Shown one piece after another: positions 1 through 10,479 of a stretch of 64,000 nt of DNA. Location of the stretch: the IMG/VR virus record IMGVR_UViG_3300037067_001926, one strand, 5' to 3'. The DNA is from an uncultured virus (IMG/VR IMGVR_UViG_3300037067_001926) (lineage: Duplodnaviria > Heunggongvirae > Uroviricota > Caudoviricetes). The translations under genes and the position numbers were made by a program. The stretch's first letter is position 1. Every line of letters starts with the position of its first letter. The notes beneath the pieces were generated by a model. It was not told where the DNA came from and ran no database searches. It saw nothing but the letters and a program-made list of their open reading frames with translations.

Positions 1-162
1 TTCCAGCGCGGCGTCGTCAGGGGACAGTTCCAGCGCGGCGTCGTCAGGGTACAGTTCCAGCGCGGCGTCGTCAGGGTACAGTTCCAGCGCGGCGTCGTCA
101 GGGGACAGGTCCAGCGCGGCGTCGTCAGGGGACAGTTCCAGCGCGGCGTCGTCAGGGTACAG
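1..162 (+). repeat. 27-bp coding tandem repeat, ~6 copies
   Basis: Unit TTCCAGCGCGGCGTCGTCAGGG[G/T]ACAG repeated head to tail with no spacers; each unit encodes 9 aa. Confidence 0.95.
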
Positions 163-385
163 GTCATCTGCCGCTTCGTCGGGTCCGTGCAGCCCGGCAG
201 TATGCGCTGGCTTGAACTCACGCGCTAAAGCAGGCGAATACGGCTGTATCGCCCTAGCATGGTGGAACCGAGAGGCAGAACGTGCGGAGATGCGTTGTGC
301 CCGCACTGGGCCTGGGCGCGGACTCCTAAAGCCCCATACGTGGTATCGGCTCAACTCAAAGGGCCAATTCGTGGAGGACAAATGA
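2..385 (+). CDS. 5'-truncated phage protein with SSAASSG[DY]S repeats (DUF7666-like C-terminus); missed by the ORF track
   Basis: Frame +2 is open from the window edge: (SSAASSG[DY][SR])n...SRAKAGEYGCIALAWW...LKPHTWYRLNSKGQFVEDK*. This C-terminus is typical of phage Ser/Gly/Ala-repeat proteins. The stop overlaps the next ATG (ATGA at 382-385). Confidence 0.8.
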   Translation, partial: SSAASSGDSSSAASSGYSSSAASSGYSSSAASSGDRSSAASSGDSSSAASSGYRSSAASSGPCSPAVCAGLNSRAKAGEYGCIALAWWNREAERAEMRCARTGPGRGLLKPHTWYRLNSKGQFVEDK

Positions 386-2162
386 CACACCGCAAAGCGT
401 TCGGGTGGTGGCTCTGGGTGCTCTGCATGTTCGCTATCGTCGGAGCGGGGGTTGTACTCCCCGCTCTGCGGGAGATCGCCAACCGATGACCCCTACGGGC
501 CGGCAACAGAGGGATATTGTCAACCGTCCGCCGGGCGGACGGCGCAAAGGGCCGCGGATTTCGCTGTACTGCGACTTCTGCGGCCGTAAACAGCCACACC
601 ACGAGAAGTGGTGTGACTGGAAGTACGAGGTCAAGCCATGAAGATAAACACCATTCGTTTCGTAGGCAAGCCACTTGAGCCACTACCAAAGAACGCCCAT
701 CGGGCTCTGTCACTGCGCTACCTGCACATTCAGCACCCTACTAAGGTGGTACTGAGGAATCTGTGCTGGGCCACGTCGGACCTAGACTGCGCGGCAGTGC
801 GGTTGCGCCGGCAGTACGGGCTCTGCACGTGGGGCGCGAATTTGACTCGCGCTGAAGTCATCCATGACCCTGAACACGAGTACGTGTTTACGGGCGTGAT
901 ATTCGAGTCCTGTGGAAGCTATCTGCGGGACAATTTCGAGAACCTGCTCTGAGAGAGGAACCCTGTGGAACTAGTACACACCGAAACGCGAGTTCCAACC
1001 ATCGAGTACAAGACGCGGCCTTGCAAGGTCTGGGATGCGGGCGGGGTTGATTACCGTCTAGCGATAGATTGGAAGCGGCGTTTGCACCGTGCGGACTGTA
1101 ATCTCAGGCCGCAAGACCACACGTACTACAATTCGGACCTGTTTGAGGGGATGCTGAACAGTGCGTATCGGCGAATCATCGGCGAATATGCGACATGGTG
1201 TTACTTGGACGAGTTGCCCGTAGGGGTGACGGTGGACACGTCGAAGTTCTTGGCAGTGGTCAGGATTGCACTGCCGCTGGAGTTTAGGTGAGACAGGCTT
1301 GACGCCCGCGCATCCGGCACCCCACGGGGAGTGCCGCTTGCGGAGGAGTCAACACACAGGAGGCAATATGTTCACGCTGAAGATTGAGTTGGGCAATGAC
1401 GCTATGCGGACGCCCGCTGACGTGGCGGACGCTCTCATGGATTTAGTGGCTATTCTACGGTTTGCCGGCCCCTACCGAGATTCCGGGGGTGTGCGGGACC
1501 GCAACGGCAACGGCGTAGGCAAGTGGGAGTACCGGCCATGACCATCACTCAGGCGGACATTGACAATCTCATCGCCGCGCATGGGCACTACTATCTTGAC
1601 GGGCTCGTGGCGCGCGCTTTCGCCTATGCTACTGAGTTCCCGGAGCTTGACGTGTTGGCCGTGCTGCGTATGCAGTACCGCGCCACGCTCCGAGATGAGG
1701 AATCCGGTAGGGGCAGGTATAACCGGGCTATTGAGCGCGCCTGCCGGTTGCTGGTCGCGGGATGGGAGCAAGGCCCCGATGCACACGAGTCGGCCACGCG
1801 CCTGCTGGTAACGCGGGAGCCTGCTACGGCATACGGAATCCTCGCATGGCGCGAGGCACACCCGCAGCCGGGAGCATGAAAGGAACGCACACATGACAAT
1901 CTATCTGCTGCGTCTCGATATGTACGACAACGGCGACGTAATAACGCAGGTGTGTCCTTGCGCCACGCGCAAGGCGGCCGTACAGCGTTTGAACGCCTGG
2001 GTGGCCGCTGAACAAGCGGACATGCTGCATGAGGACACCGACGCGGCTCTGGAGGATGCCGCGCGCACCCCGGAGCAACGTATCGACGACTACTTTGCCA
2101 CCTCGGGCGAGGACACATACACCATTCAGCCGGTTGAACTGGTGGAGGAACAGCCCGCATAG
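382..2162 (+). CDS. Cluster of small early hypothetical genes (382-489, 486-641 CxxC protein, 638-952, 965-1291, 1368-1541, 1538-1879, 1893-2162)
   Basis: Co-oriented ORFs with ATGA overlaps and GGAG-type RBSs; no recognisable function. Confidence 0.65.
526..540. repeat. Dispersed palindrome copy 1
   Basis: GTCCGCCGGGCGGAC in ORF 486-641 (RPPGG). Confidence 0.95.
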
Positions 2163-2224
2163 CGCCGCATACAGGCGGCAAAAGAATATGAAGCGCCCAA
2201 AGGGGCGCGAAAGGGCAAGACGAA

Positions 2225-4219
2225 ATGAACGCTACCTATTCACCCGAAGATAACAAGCTCAGGCTCTATTCAGCAGACCGCCTTGATCCTGAGACTTATC
2301 AGCGCGTCAAAGCCGCCGGGTTCATCTGGGCACCGCGACAACGATTGTTCGTTGCTCCCATGTGGACGCCTTACCGTGCGGCTCTGCTTACCGAGCTGTG
2401 CGGCGAGATTGGCGACGAGGACACCAGCTTAGTAGATCGTGCCGAGGAACGCGCGGAACGGTTCGAGGACTACGGAGAGAAGCGGGCCGAGGATGCACAT
2501 GCAGCGCACGCGGCCGTAAAGGCCATTGCTGACAATATCCCCTTCGGGCAGCCAATTCTAGTAGGCCATCACAGCGAACGTCGCGCACGTAAGGCCGTGG
2601 AGAAAATCGAGAATGGTATGCGGCGGGCTGTCAAGATGTGGGAAACGTCGCAGTATTGGCAGAGCCGCGCGGCTGGCGCGATTCGTTTGGCGAAGTACAA
2701 AGAGTTGCCAACCGTCAGAGCGCGGCGGATCAAGGGGCTTGAGGCGGACAAACGCCGCCACGAGCGCGACATTGAACGTGCGGAGATGTTCACGAAGGCG
2801 TGGTCGGCTTCGCTGGCATGGGACCCGGAGGTGCGGCGTCTCACTCGTGAGCAGGCGCGTGCGATTGCGAACTATGACAACCACCAGAGCATATGTTTTA
2901 CCCTGAAGGACTTCCCTCGTGACCCGCCAGCATCACAGTACGAGGGCGCTATGAGTCTCTGGTCGGCACTTGGCGACACTGACGAAGAGGCCATCATTAC
3001 CCCGGAGCAGGCGCGAGACATTGCGCTCGGGGGTCACGCGGGAACCATCCGGCACGCTAACCGATGGCTGGAACACATCAACAACCGACTGGCGTATGAA
3101 CGTGCGATGCTCGCGGAAGCGGGAGGCTTGGCTGCGGAGAATTTCGATGTTCAGATTGGCGGGCGTGTACTTCGCCACGGCGAGTGGTTCACCGTAACCA
3201 AACTCAACAAACGCGGCGGTAAGCTAATGAGTGTTACCGTCATGGGGCATTGGTGCTCTACGATCCAAGTCGAGGAAATCACGGACTACAAAGCGCCAGA
3301 GGCGGGAGACACGGAGAAGGTCAAGGCCGTTACCAAGCTCGCTCCACTCTGCAATTATCCCGGCGAGGGCTTCCGCCACATGACGAAAGAGGAGTCGAAG
3401 CACAGGCGCAGCATTGAGATACACACCTTCCCGGCCACTGAGACACACGGCGCGTACCGCTCCTATTCCACGTTCAAGGGTGGCAGCGGGTTGGATTGTC
3501 ACGACTGCGTAGGAGTATTCCTCACGGATCAGAAGCGCAAGGACCCACCGCCGATACCGCTGGTTCAGCCTGAGCCGATCACGATTGAGCGCCAGTACGC
3601 CGATACGCCAGAACCCGCACCCGTTTACCCCACACCAGAACCGAACGCATTCGACGCCATACGGGAAACGCTGAGGGCTGGTATACAGGTTGTGAGCGCG
3701 CCTCAGTTGTTCCCGACACCGCCTGAACTTGCGGCGCGCATGGTGGAAGAGGCTGGCGTGGAACCACAGCACAGAGTATTAGAGCCGAGTGCAGGAACGG
3801 GGCGAATCCTTGACGCCTTGAAAGCGTCCGATCTAAATAGCTCGGACGACGCAACGGGGCAGGTTGTCGCGGTCGAATTGAATCACACTGTGGCGCAAAC
3901 GCTGGGCCGGCACTACTCCGGCGTTTACGTGCGGTGCGCGGACTTCTTGGAATGTAACGGCGAGCTTGGAACTTTCGACCGTATTATCATGAACCCGCCC
4001 TTCGAGCGTGGCTCGGACATCAAGCACATTCGCCACGCGCTGACCATGCTGAAAGCGGGCGGACGGCTTGTGGCAATCTGTGCCAATGGGCCGCGCCAAC
4101 AACAGGAGTTGAAGCCGTTAGCCGAGGACAGTGGCGGGTACTACGAAGAGCTTCCGGCTGGCACGTTCAAGTCGTCGAGTACCAACGTGAGTACTGCCAT
4201 TTTGGTAGTTGAGGGCTGA
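2225..4219 (+). CDS. DUF3560 domain fused to an N6-adenine-type DNA methyltransferase
   Basis: GQPILVGHHSERRARK (DUF3560 signature) at the N-terminus; C-terminal VLEPSAGTG (SAM-binding motif I) and DRIIMNPPF (motif IV). Confidence 0.85.
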   Translation: MNATYSPEDNKLRLYSADRLDPETYQRVKAAGFIWAPRQRLFVAPMWTPYRAALLTELCGEIGDEDTSLVDRAEERAERFEDYGEKRAEDAHAAHAAVKAIADNIPFGQPILVGHHSERRARKAVEKIENGMRRAVKMWETSQYWQSRAAGAIRLAKYKELPTVRARRIKGLEADKRRHERDIERAEMFTKAWSASLAWDPEVRRLTREQARAIANYDNHQSICFTLKDFPRDPPASQYEGAMSLWSALGDTDEEAIITPEQARDIALGGHAGTIRHANRWLEHINNRLAYERAMLAEAGGLAAENFDVQIGGRVLRHGEWFTVTKLNKRGGKLMSVTVMGHWCSTIQVEEITDYKAPEAGDTEKVKAVTKLAPLCNYPGEGFRHMTKEESKHRRSIEIHTFPATETHGAYRSYSTFKGGSGLDCHDCVGVFLTDQKRKDPPPIPLVQPEPITIERQYADTPEPAPVYPTPEPNAFDAIRETLRAGIQVVSAPQLFPTPPELAARMVEEAGVEPQHRVLEPSAGTGRILDALKASDLNSSDDATGQVVAVELNHTVAQTLGRHYSGVYVRCADFLECNGELGTFDRIIMNPPFERGSDIKHIRHALTMLKAGGRLVAICANGPRQQQELKPLAEDSGGYYEELPAGTFKSSSTNVSTAILVVEG

Positions 4220-4276
4220 ACAGTGCGGATTAGCGCCCTCATCAGGTCCGTCGGAGCGGGCCTGGATGGAGGCACT

Positions 4277-4483
4277 ATGAGAAACATCGTGTTGAATCGG
4301 GCCGGTAACGATTTTCCTGCCGCTTTGCAGGATGCGATGAGGCTGCACAGGGCAGGGCACTGCGGGATGAGTGCAGAGGTTGAGTCGTTCATCGAGACCC
4401 TGGTGAATTGCTACTACGACTCGATTGACGATCGTGACGCCATGATGGATGCTATCTGGGGGGACACCCCCGATGGGGGCTAA
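4277..4483 (+). CDS. Small hypothetical protein, paralog of 13072-13287
   Basis: Shares RLHxxGHxGMSAEVESFIETLVNC with 13072-13287; GGAGG RBS. Confidence 0.7.
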   Translation: MRNIVLNRAGNDFPAALQDAMRLHRAGHCGMSAEVESFIETLVNCYYDSIDDRDAMMDAIWGDTPDGG

Positions 4484-4542
4484 CCCTAGGTGGCGCAAAC
4501 ATGACGAAAGGGAAGCGGGCCGAAGGGCCTAAAGGAGGAGAT

Positions 4543-7500
4543 ATGCAAGTTGTCGAGCGTTATGGTTCGGCTGGTAGCGAAATTCGGGCGACGGTTTGGG
4601 TCCAACCGGAAGACCCCATGCGGGAACTTGAGGGCATCTTGAAGCTCATTGCTGACTTCCCCGACAGGGTTTGGCGGGTAGAGCGCCCTGATTACGTGGC
4701 GCAGGCCCGGCTTGGGGCGCATGTAGTACTGGTGGGAGCCAGTCTGGACTATCAGGCGGTAGTGACCGACCTGCACGTGCCGGAAGGTAGGCCGTTGCCG
4801 GTGTAGCTAACGGGCCGAAGGGCCTGAGAGGAGAGAGGCGAGTATGAGACAAATGCTTAGGATGTTGGCTAAGGTCGCATCGCGGATACGCAATGAAGAT
4901 ATGATTCCGCGCCCGCAGTGCGCAATGTGCCGAGCGCCGTTGTCGGAAGAGGAGCGCACGTACTTGTTATGCGCGCGATGCGGGGATGTCGCATATGGCT
5001 GCGGTCGAAAATGAACTGAACTGAAGGGGCTAGAGGGGGCAACATGCGCGTAAGAACCCAAGTTTTCAAGCCCGGCGTCCGCAAAGCGCCGGTGCAGATC
5101 ATTAGCCTAGACCAGTTCCTACGCCGGGCGCGCAAAGCATGTGGCTACACACAGTCTAGGCGCGAGATTCTGGTGGCGCTGCTGAACAGTCCCGTGTGGG
5201 ACGGAACGGACGCCACTGCTGGGCAATTGTACTTCGACTCCCCCACGGGGGATACGGTTGTGTTTTGGTTGGAGGAATGACATGAGCAAACCCAAATACC
5301 CACGCTACCGGGTTGACGGCAGCAAACTGAGTTGCCGGGTGTGGCGCGCGTCAGCCGAGGCCGCATGGGACGCCTACGTCCGAGCGTCCAAGCGCAAGGG
5401 CCTGCCCGATCCGGGCCACAGGCCCGGCAACGTGTACGGCGACCTGCACGAGCGTTTCTCGTGGGGCACGCGCACTCAGGGGCGGCGCGACGGTCACGGC
5501 ATGGTGTATCTGGAGTGTGAGACGTGACGCGAATGAGCCCCAAGTTAGGAGATTAACAATGCCAGGATTCTACAGCAACTGCCGAATGTGCTACGTGGAT
5601 GTACCTTGGCTTATGAACGGGCAGTGGGTGGAGGATGACGACGGGTTTCTCTACATCATCCCAGTAGCGGAGGAAGAGGCCGGGGTTGAAGGCCCGGACA
5701 ATGCAATGTGCGATCAACTAGAGGAGCTTCACGCCCAATTTGCAGGAGAGTGTCTATCTCCCTCGCTTTTGGCGGCAATGGGCCTCCATGAGATTCCAGA
5801 CCACCTGAAACGCTTCAGCCCGGAGGAGGGGTACTATCATGCCTGACAACCCGATGACCGACTGCCCAGACTGCAAGGGCCACGGCTGGTTATTGGCGGC
5901 GATTGACGGTGATCCCGATGACCTGTCTATCGAACGCTGTGACAACTGCCGCCGCTTCGATTCTGATAACGAAGCCAATCAGTTTGTCGCTAAGCTGGCC
6001 TGGAAGGAGCGTCGCAAGACCCCCGCGAAGCGCCGGGCTCTCGGCCCCTACGGGAAGGCCGGCAGGCTCTTCCGCGAGTACTTCACTCCCGATGGGGGAG
6101 GGGCTTCTATGGTAGAGGACATGCGGCGCGGCGCTAGAACCAGACTGGCGTTCCTTGACCGCCTTACACCGATAGCTAAGGGCGTGTTTGAGTTGCTTCA
6201 ACCGTCGGCACAAGGAGTGCTACACTACCTCGCATGGTCCGACGCAGGGCTGCCGATGAAACAGGTAGCTTGGCTCTATCACTGTGATCGACGAGTCTGC
6301 GCCTCTATTCTCAGTCGCCTCAAGAAGGCCGGGATCGTGGACAACTGCAAGGGCCACTGGACAGTCAATAACGAGGACTTCAGAGCATGGGCACGGATTA
6401 GGCTTGCGAGGCCCGGCGCTTCGAAAGCATAGGAGGAACGATGGATCTTTACGATGTTTCAATCCCTAGGGTAGTGGTTCGCGTTCGCGCTAAAGGACTA
6501 GTGCAAGCAGAGGACATGGCGATGGGTATGCTTGACAAACTGCGCTTGCCCAAAGGGTTCTTGAGCGTGGGCTACCGTATCAGCAAGGGCCTAAAGGCCC
6601 GAAGGGTTTCTGAAGGAGAAGTAATGTCAGCATTCAGACTAGTGTACTACGAGCTTGTGCGCTTGACGCGTACAGTCGAAGCGCCATCGTTGGAAGAGGC
6701 GATTGCTAAGGCCAGCGAGATCGAGGATTGGGAAGATTGCGATGAAACCACGCACGGTACGAACGGCGTGGAGTTCGCCTACAACGAGAAAGGAGAGCGC
6801 ATCTATGAAGCCGGCACGATTGCTGGCTTCGAGATTGGCGACAGCTACAACCCAGAGAAGGAGGAGTATGGGCAATAACGGAGTGCTAGAAGCCTGGGGT
6901 CTGCAATCCCCAGACGAATTAGGGACAAGCGAGTACCGGGCCATCTACGAGACACTCGCCGATGGCCTTAGCGAAGAGAGCGAGAACCCGGCAGGTTTGG
7001 CCTTGGCAATGCTTGATGAGTTTGTCGGGCACGCTAAAGCGCTGCAACAGGAGATACGGCAGGCAACCACTACAGAGGGTCCAAGCGCTAGTTGGAACCC
7101 CTATCCTGGTGACTTGACTGCGGAGGGATGAGCATGACTGAAGAACAACGGCATGAATTGTACCGCGAAGCGGCGAAGGACAACTACGTCGAGCCATCCG
7201 ACAATGAGATCGAGATGGACCCCGACGCTGAAGTTTCTGAATGCGCCGATGATACCGGAGCCTGGGTGCATGTGTGGGTCTATGTCGGCGCGGAAGATGC
7301 TGGTGTGAGCTACGAAGAATAGGAGATTACCATGACAATCCTGCAAAGGACGGTCTGCGAAGTTCTTGATGGGCTCCGCAGCCCCGAACAATTGACTCGA
7401 TCAGAAGCTCGTGATGTTCTACGCGAACTTCAACCAGGGCGCTGCAAAGGCAACCCCTATCGGCTACTGAAGCGTAGGTTGCAACGTGGGTGGACCCCTA

Positions 7501-7547
7501 AGGGGTTGGAGCAGTATGGCCTGGACGGCAGAAAGGGGCTCAAGTGA
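4543..7547 (+). CDS. Cluster of small early hypothetical genes (4543-4806, 4844-5014 CxxC/CxxC, 5044-5280, 5282-5527, 5559-5846, 5839-6432 Zn-finger + possible winged HTH, 6441-6878, 6868-7131, 7128-7322, 7332-7547)
   Basis: Tightly packed co-oriented ORFs with RBSs; several CxxC pairs. Confidence 0.6.
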
Positions 7548-8608
7548 AACCTTCCCTAATGCTAGAGGCCCTAGAGGCTTCCCGCAAGACGCGCATTCCG
7601 CTCTACATTGTAGGCCCTCCTGGGTGCGCCAAGTCCGCGGTTGTTAACCAGTACACCGAGGGCATAGAGTACAACATTCTCAAGCTGGACCCGCCAAAGA
7701 CCTGGGACCCCATCGACGCTCGCGGTATCCCGGCAGGGGTGAACGGTCGCACGGTATGGCTTCCGCCTGACTACATGGACACCGCAGACAAGCCTACGGT
7801 GATCTTCATTGACGAGATTGGGATACTCCCGCCAACTAGTCAAGCCTTTCTGAATGGCTTACTATACGGCCGCGAACTGGGCGGGCATCCCATCCCTGAA
7901 AGTGCGATGGTGGTAGCCGCCGGCAACCGCGTCTCAGATGGAGCGGCGGTCAATCGGATGCCGTCACACACCGCTACGCGCATTGTCCACTTGCTGATGA
8001 CGGTGGACCTTGACGATGTTACGAAGTGGTGGTTGGAGAACGGCGTTGCTACGCCGATCATCGCCTACCATCGCTTCACCGGAGGTTCCAAGCTGTACCC
8101 AATGTACAACTCGGACCTGAGCCCGATGACCTGCGGGTTGTGCGGCAAGACGAAGCTCGAAGCTGGAGAGCTTTGCTCGCATTGCCTGCGAGCGCAACCG
8201 ACGTTCCCTAATCTGCGGACATGGCACTATGCCAGTGACATGCTCCAGCAGAACCTGAGCCCTGCCATTGAGTTGGACGTGCTCTCCGGCTGCATCGGGC
8301 AGCCTTCGGCCCTCGAACTCAAGGGCTACTTGGATCTGTACCGTGCGCTTCCGTCGCTGGACGTGGTGCTTATGGCCCCACGCACAGCGCCGGTGCCTGA
8401 GAACATGGCGGCGCTGTACGCCATAGCTACGGCGCTTGGCCGGCGTGCTACTGATACCAACATGGACGCGGTCGTCCAGTACATCGACCGGCTGCCGCCT
8501 GAGTTTGCGGTGCTCTGCATGAAGGACACAGGTTCTCGGGACAAGAGCCTGCTGGACACCAGGGCAGCAATGTCTTGGATGGCCCGAAACAACGATGTGA
8601 TGTTCTAG
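7544..8608 (+). CDS. MoxR-like AAA+ ATPase
   Basis: Walker A GPPGCAKS, Walker B VIFIDEI, VVAAGNR sensor, and the PxxRTW motif. Confidence 0.85.
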   Translation: MKPSLMLEALEASRKTRIPLYIVGPPGCAKSAVVNQYTEGIEYNILKLDPPKTWDPIDARGIPAGVNGRTVWLPPDYMDTADKPTVIFIDEIGILPPTSQAFLNGLLYGRELGGHPIPESAMVVAAGNRVSDGAAVNRMPSHTATRIVHLLMTVDLDDVTKWWLENGVATPIIAYHRFTGGSKLYPMYNSDLSPMTCGLCGKTKLEAGELCSHCLRAQPTFPNLRTWHYASDMLQQNLSPAIELDVLSGCIGQPSALELKGYLDLYRALPSLDVVLMAPRTAPVPENMAALYAIATALGRRATDTNMDAVVQYIDRLPPEFAVLCMKDTGSRDKSLLDTRAAMSWMARNNDVMF

Positions 8609-8617
8609 GAGAACAAT

Positions 8618-9553
8618 ATGGACGATCAGATTTGCAGCAAAGCGATGTTGGTATCCCTGAGTATTCAGGGGATGGGAATGATCCTCAGCGACGTTGAGGA
8701 CAGACAGGCTGGTGACACGCTCGCTCACCAGCAAGGCGTGAACCCGGAAGTCATCCGGGTCATGAAGAAACTGCTGGACCCAAAGCGAGTGCCGGAAGCG
8801 AAGGCCCTGGTCTCCGCCAGGAACGCTCTGTACACGTACTTCCGCCAAGAGACGCTGTTGTGGGGAGAGCGGGGCGTCCGGGCTCTGCCAAGTTCCAAGT
8901 ACTTCGACCTGACGGCAGGGATCGGAGAGCGCAAGGCCGCACTTGAAGGTGCCTTCGAGTCTGTGTTGGCCATCTGGCCGCAGCTCAAGGCCGACGCTAA
9001 GACAGCGCTCAATGGCATGTGGCGCGAAGCGGACTGGCCCGATGCGGAGACGTTGCGTGCCCGCTTCAACGTGCGAGTGAAAGTGCGTCCGATGGTGGAC
9101 GCCTCTCAGTTCAAGGCCCTCATGGGGTATGACGAAGAGGTTGCCACCATTCGTGAACAGATCGAGAAGGACGTATTCACTGACCTATCGGCCGGCTTGC
9201 TCGATCTTTTCCGGCAGCTTCGAGTGTACCTCGCTGACGAAGAGAGCGGCTTCATCAACCGCGTCGGAAGCTACTCAGTGGATGCTCAAGGCAAGGTGCT
9301 CAACACATTCCGCGATAGCGCCGTCGGGAAGTTGCGGGAGTTGTGCTCCCGTGTCCGGGGCCTCAACGTGGTGGGCGATCCCACCCTCAATGAGATCGTC
9401 GAAGAGATCGAAGCGGGGGTCTGCAAGCATACCGCTGAAGCGCTCCGTGACGATTGCGTTCTGCGGAAGTCCGTAGTGCAGAACGCTCAATCCGCGGCAG
9501 CCAAGCTGGCTGCGGTGGAAGGCATCCTAGGGCGCAGGTTGGAGGCTGCATGA
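8618..9553 (+). CDS. DUF3150-like protein associated with phage MoxR/VWA modules
   Basis: Lies between the MoxR and VWA genes; the pattern TLLWG..GVRALP...DWPDAETLRARF...FRDSAV resembles this family. Confidence 0.55.
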   Translation: MDDQICSKAMLVSLSIQGMGMILSDVEDRQAGDTLAHQQGVNPEVIRVMKKLLDPKRVPEAKALVSARNALYTYFRQETLLWGERGVRALPSSKYFDLTAGIGERKAALEGAFESVLAIWPQLKADAKTALNGMWREADWPDAETLRARFNVRVKVRPMVDASQFKALMGYDEEVATIREQIEKDVFTDLSAGLLDLFRQLRVYLADEESGFINRVGSYSVDAQGKVLNTFRDSAVGKLRELCSRVRGLNVVGDPTLNEIVEEIEAGVCKHTAEALRDDCVLRKSVVQNAQSAAAKLAAVEGILGRRLEAA

Positions 9554-10479
9554 GAGCCTACCCCGCCGACAAGTCAGATTACAAAGAGGTTCAACACTTA
9601 GAACCTGAGCCTTGGATGCTGGAACAGTTGCGCCTTAACCCCCACTATGTTTTTTGGGGGCCGTATGAGGACTGCATGGCGAAGGAAGGTAATGGCTGGG
9701 ACTGTCCCGCGATATTCAAGTCCTGGAAGGAGTTCGGACCTTGGAGCCTAGACGATTACAATGAAGTAGTGAACTTCTACTTCAACATCGATAGGCCCAA
9801 TGAGCCATGTAAGACCTGTGCCGGGAAGGGCAACCACCCAGACGCTCAATGGATTACCGAGTCTTGGTACAGTCACAGTTCTCCATTCACTTCTCCAGAC
9901 GCTGCGGAACTCCAGTCCAAGGAAGTGCTTGAGCGTTTCGGCTGCCACTTCGAAGTGGGAATACATGGGCGCGGTGTTGTAGTCCCACCTGATGAGTTGC
10001 TTCTCAAGTACGGATCGGAGTTCCTTGCCCATTGCGTCTCCACTATAGAGAACGGTGGCGAATGGCATACTGCTTTGACCCAAGACGAAGTGGATGCTCT
10101 TTGGGATCAGGACAGGCTCCAGTCTCAGTTCAAGACTAAGCCTACTGCACAAGCGGTTAACGATTGGGCCCGTTCCCCACGGTGCTTTGGGCATGATGCC
10201 ATCAACCGTTGGATTTGCTGCGAGCAACGCTGCAAGAGACTGGGTGTTCCATACAGTTGTCTGGATTGCAGTGGCTATGGGTATCTTCACACTGGCCCTG
10301 CTCGCCTTGATCTAGTTCTGTGGGTGCTCCACCCACGGAAAGGTTCCAGCAGAGGTGTGGAAGTGCAGAATATCCAGGAGCCCGAACTGCCAACAGTCTA
10401 CCGTTACTTGCGTGATGCAGCCCAACGTAACGCCTACCGCTTTGCTGCGGTGCCTGCCCCTGTGGGAGTTGAACTATGA
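9550..10479 (+). CDS. Hypothetical protein with split CxxCxGxG zinc-finger motifs
   Basis: CKTCAGKG and CLDCSGYG; ATGA overlap at 9550; DNA visibly less GC-rich than its neighbours. Confidence 0.7.
   Translation: MRAYPADKSDYKEVQHLEPEPWMLEQLRLNPHYVFWGPYEDCMAKEGNGWDCPAIFKSWKEFGPWSLDDYNEVVNFYFNIDRPNEPCKTCAGKGNHPDAQWITESWYSHSSPFTSPDAAELQSKEVLERFGCHFEVGIHGRGVVVPPDELLLKYGSEFLAHCVSTIENGGEWHTALTQDEVDALWDQDRLQSQFKTKPTAQAVNDWARSPRCFGHDAINRWICCEQRCKRLGVPYSCLDCSGYGYLHTGPARLDLVLWVLHPRKGSSRGVEVQNIQEPELPTVYRYLRDAAQRNAYRFAAVPAPVGVEL

Noticed and set aside
1..162. Possible CRISPR array
   Set aside because: The 27-bp units are contiguous with no unique spacers and lie in frame within a CDS (SSAASSG[DY]S repeat).
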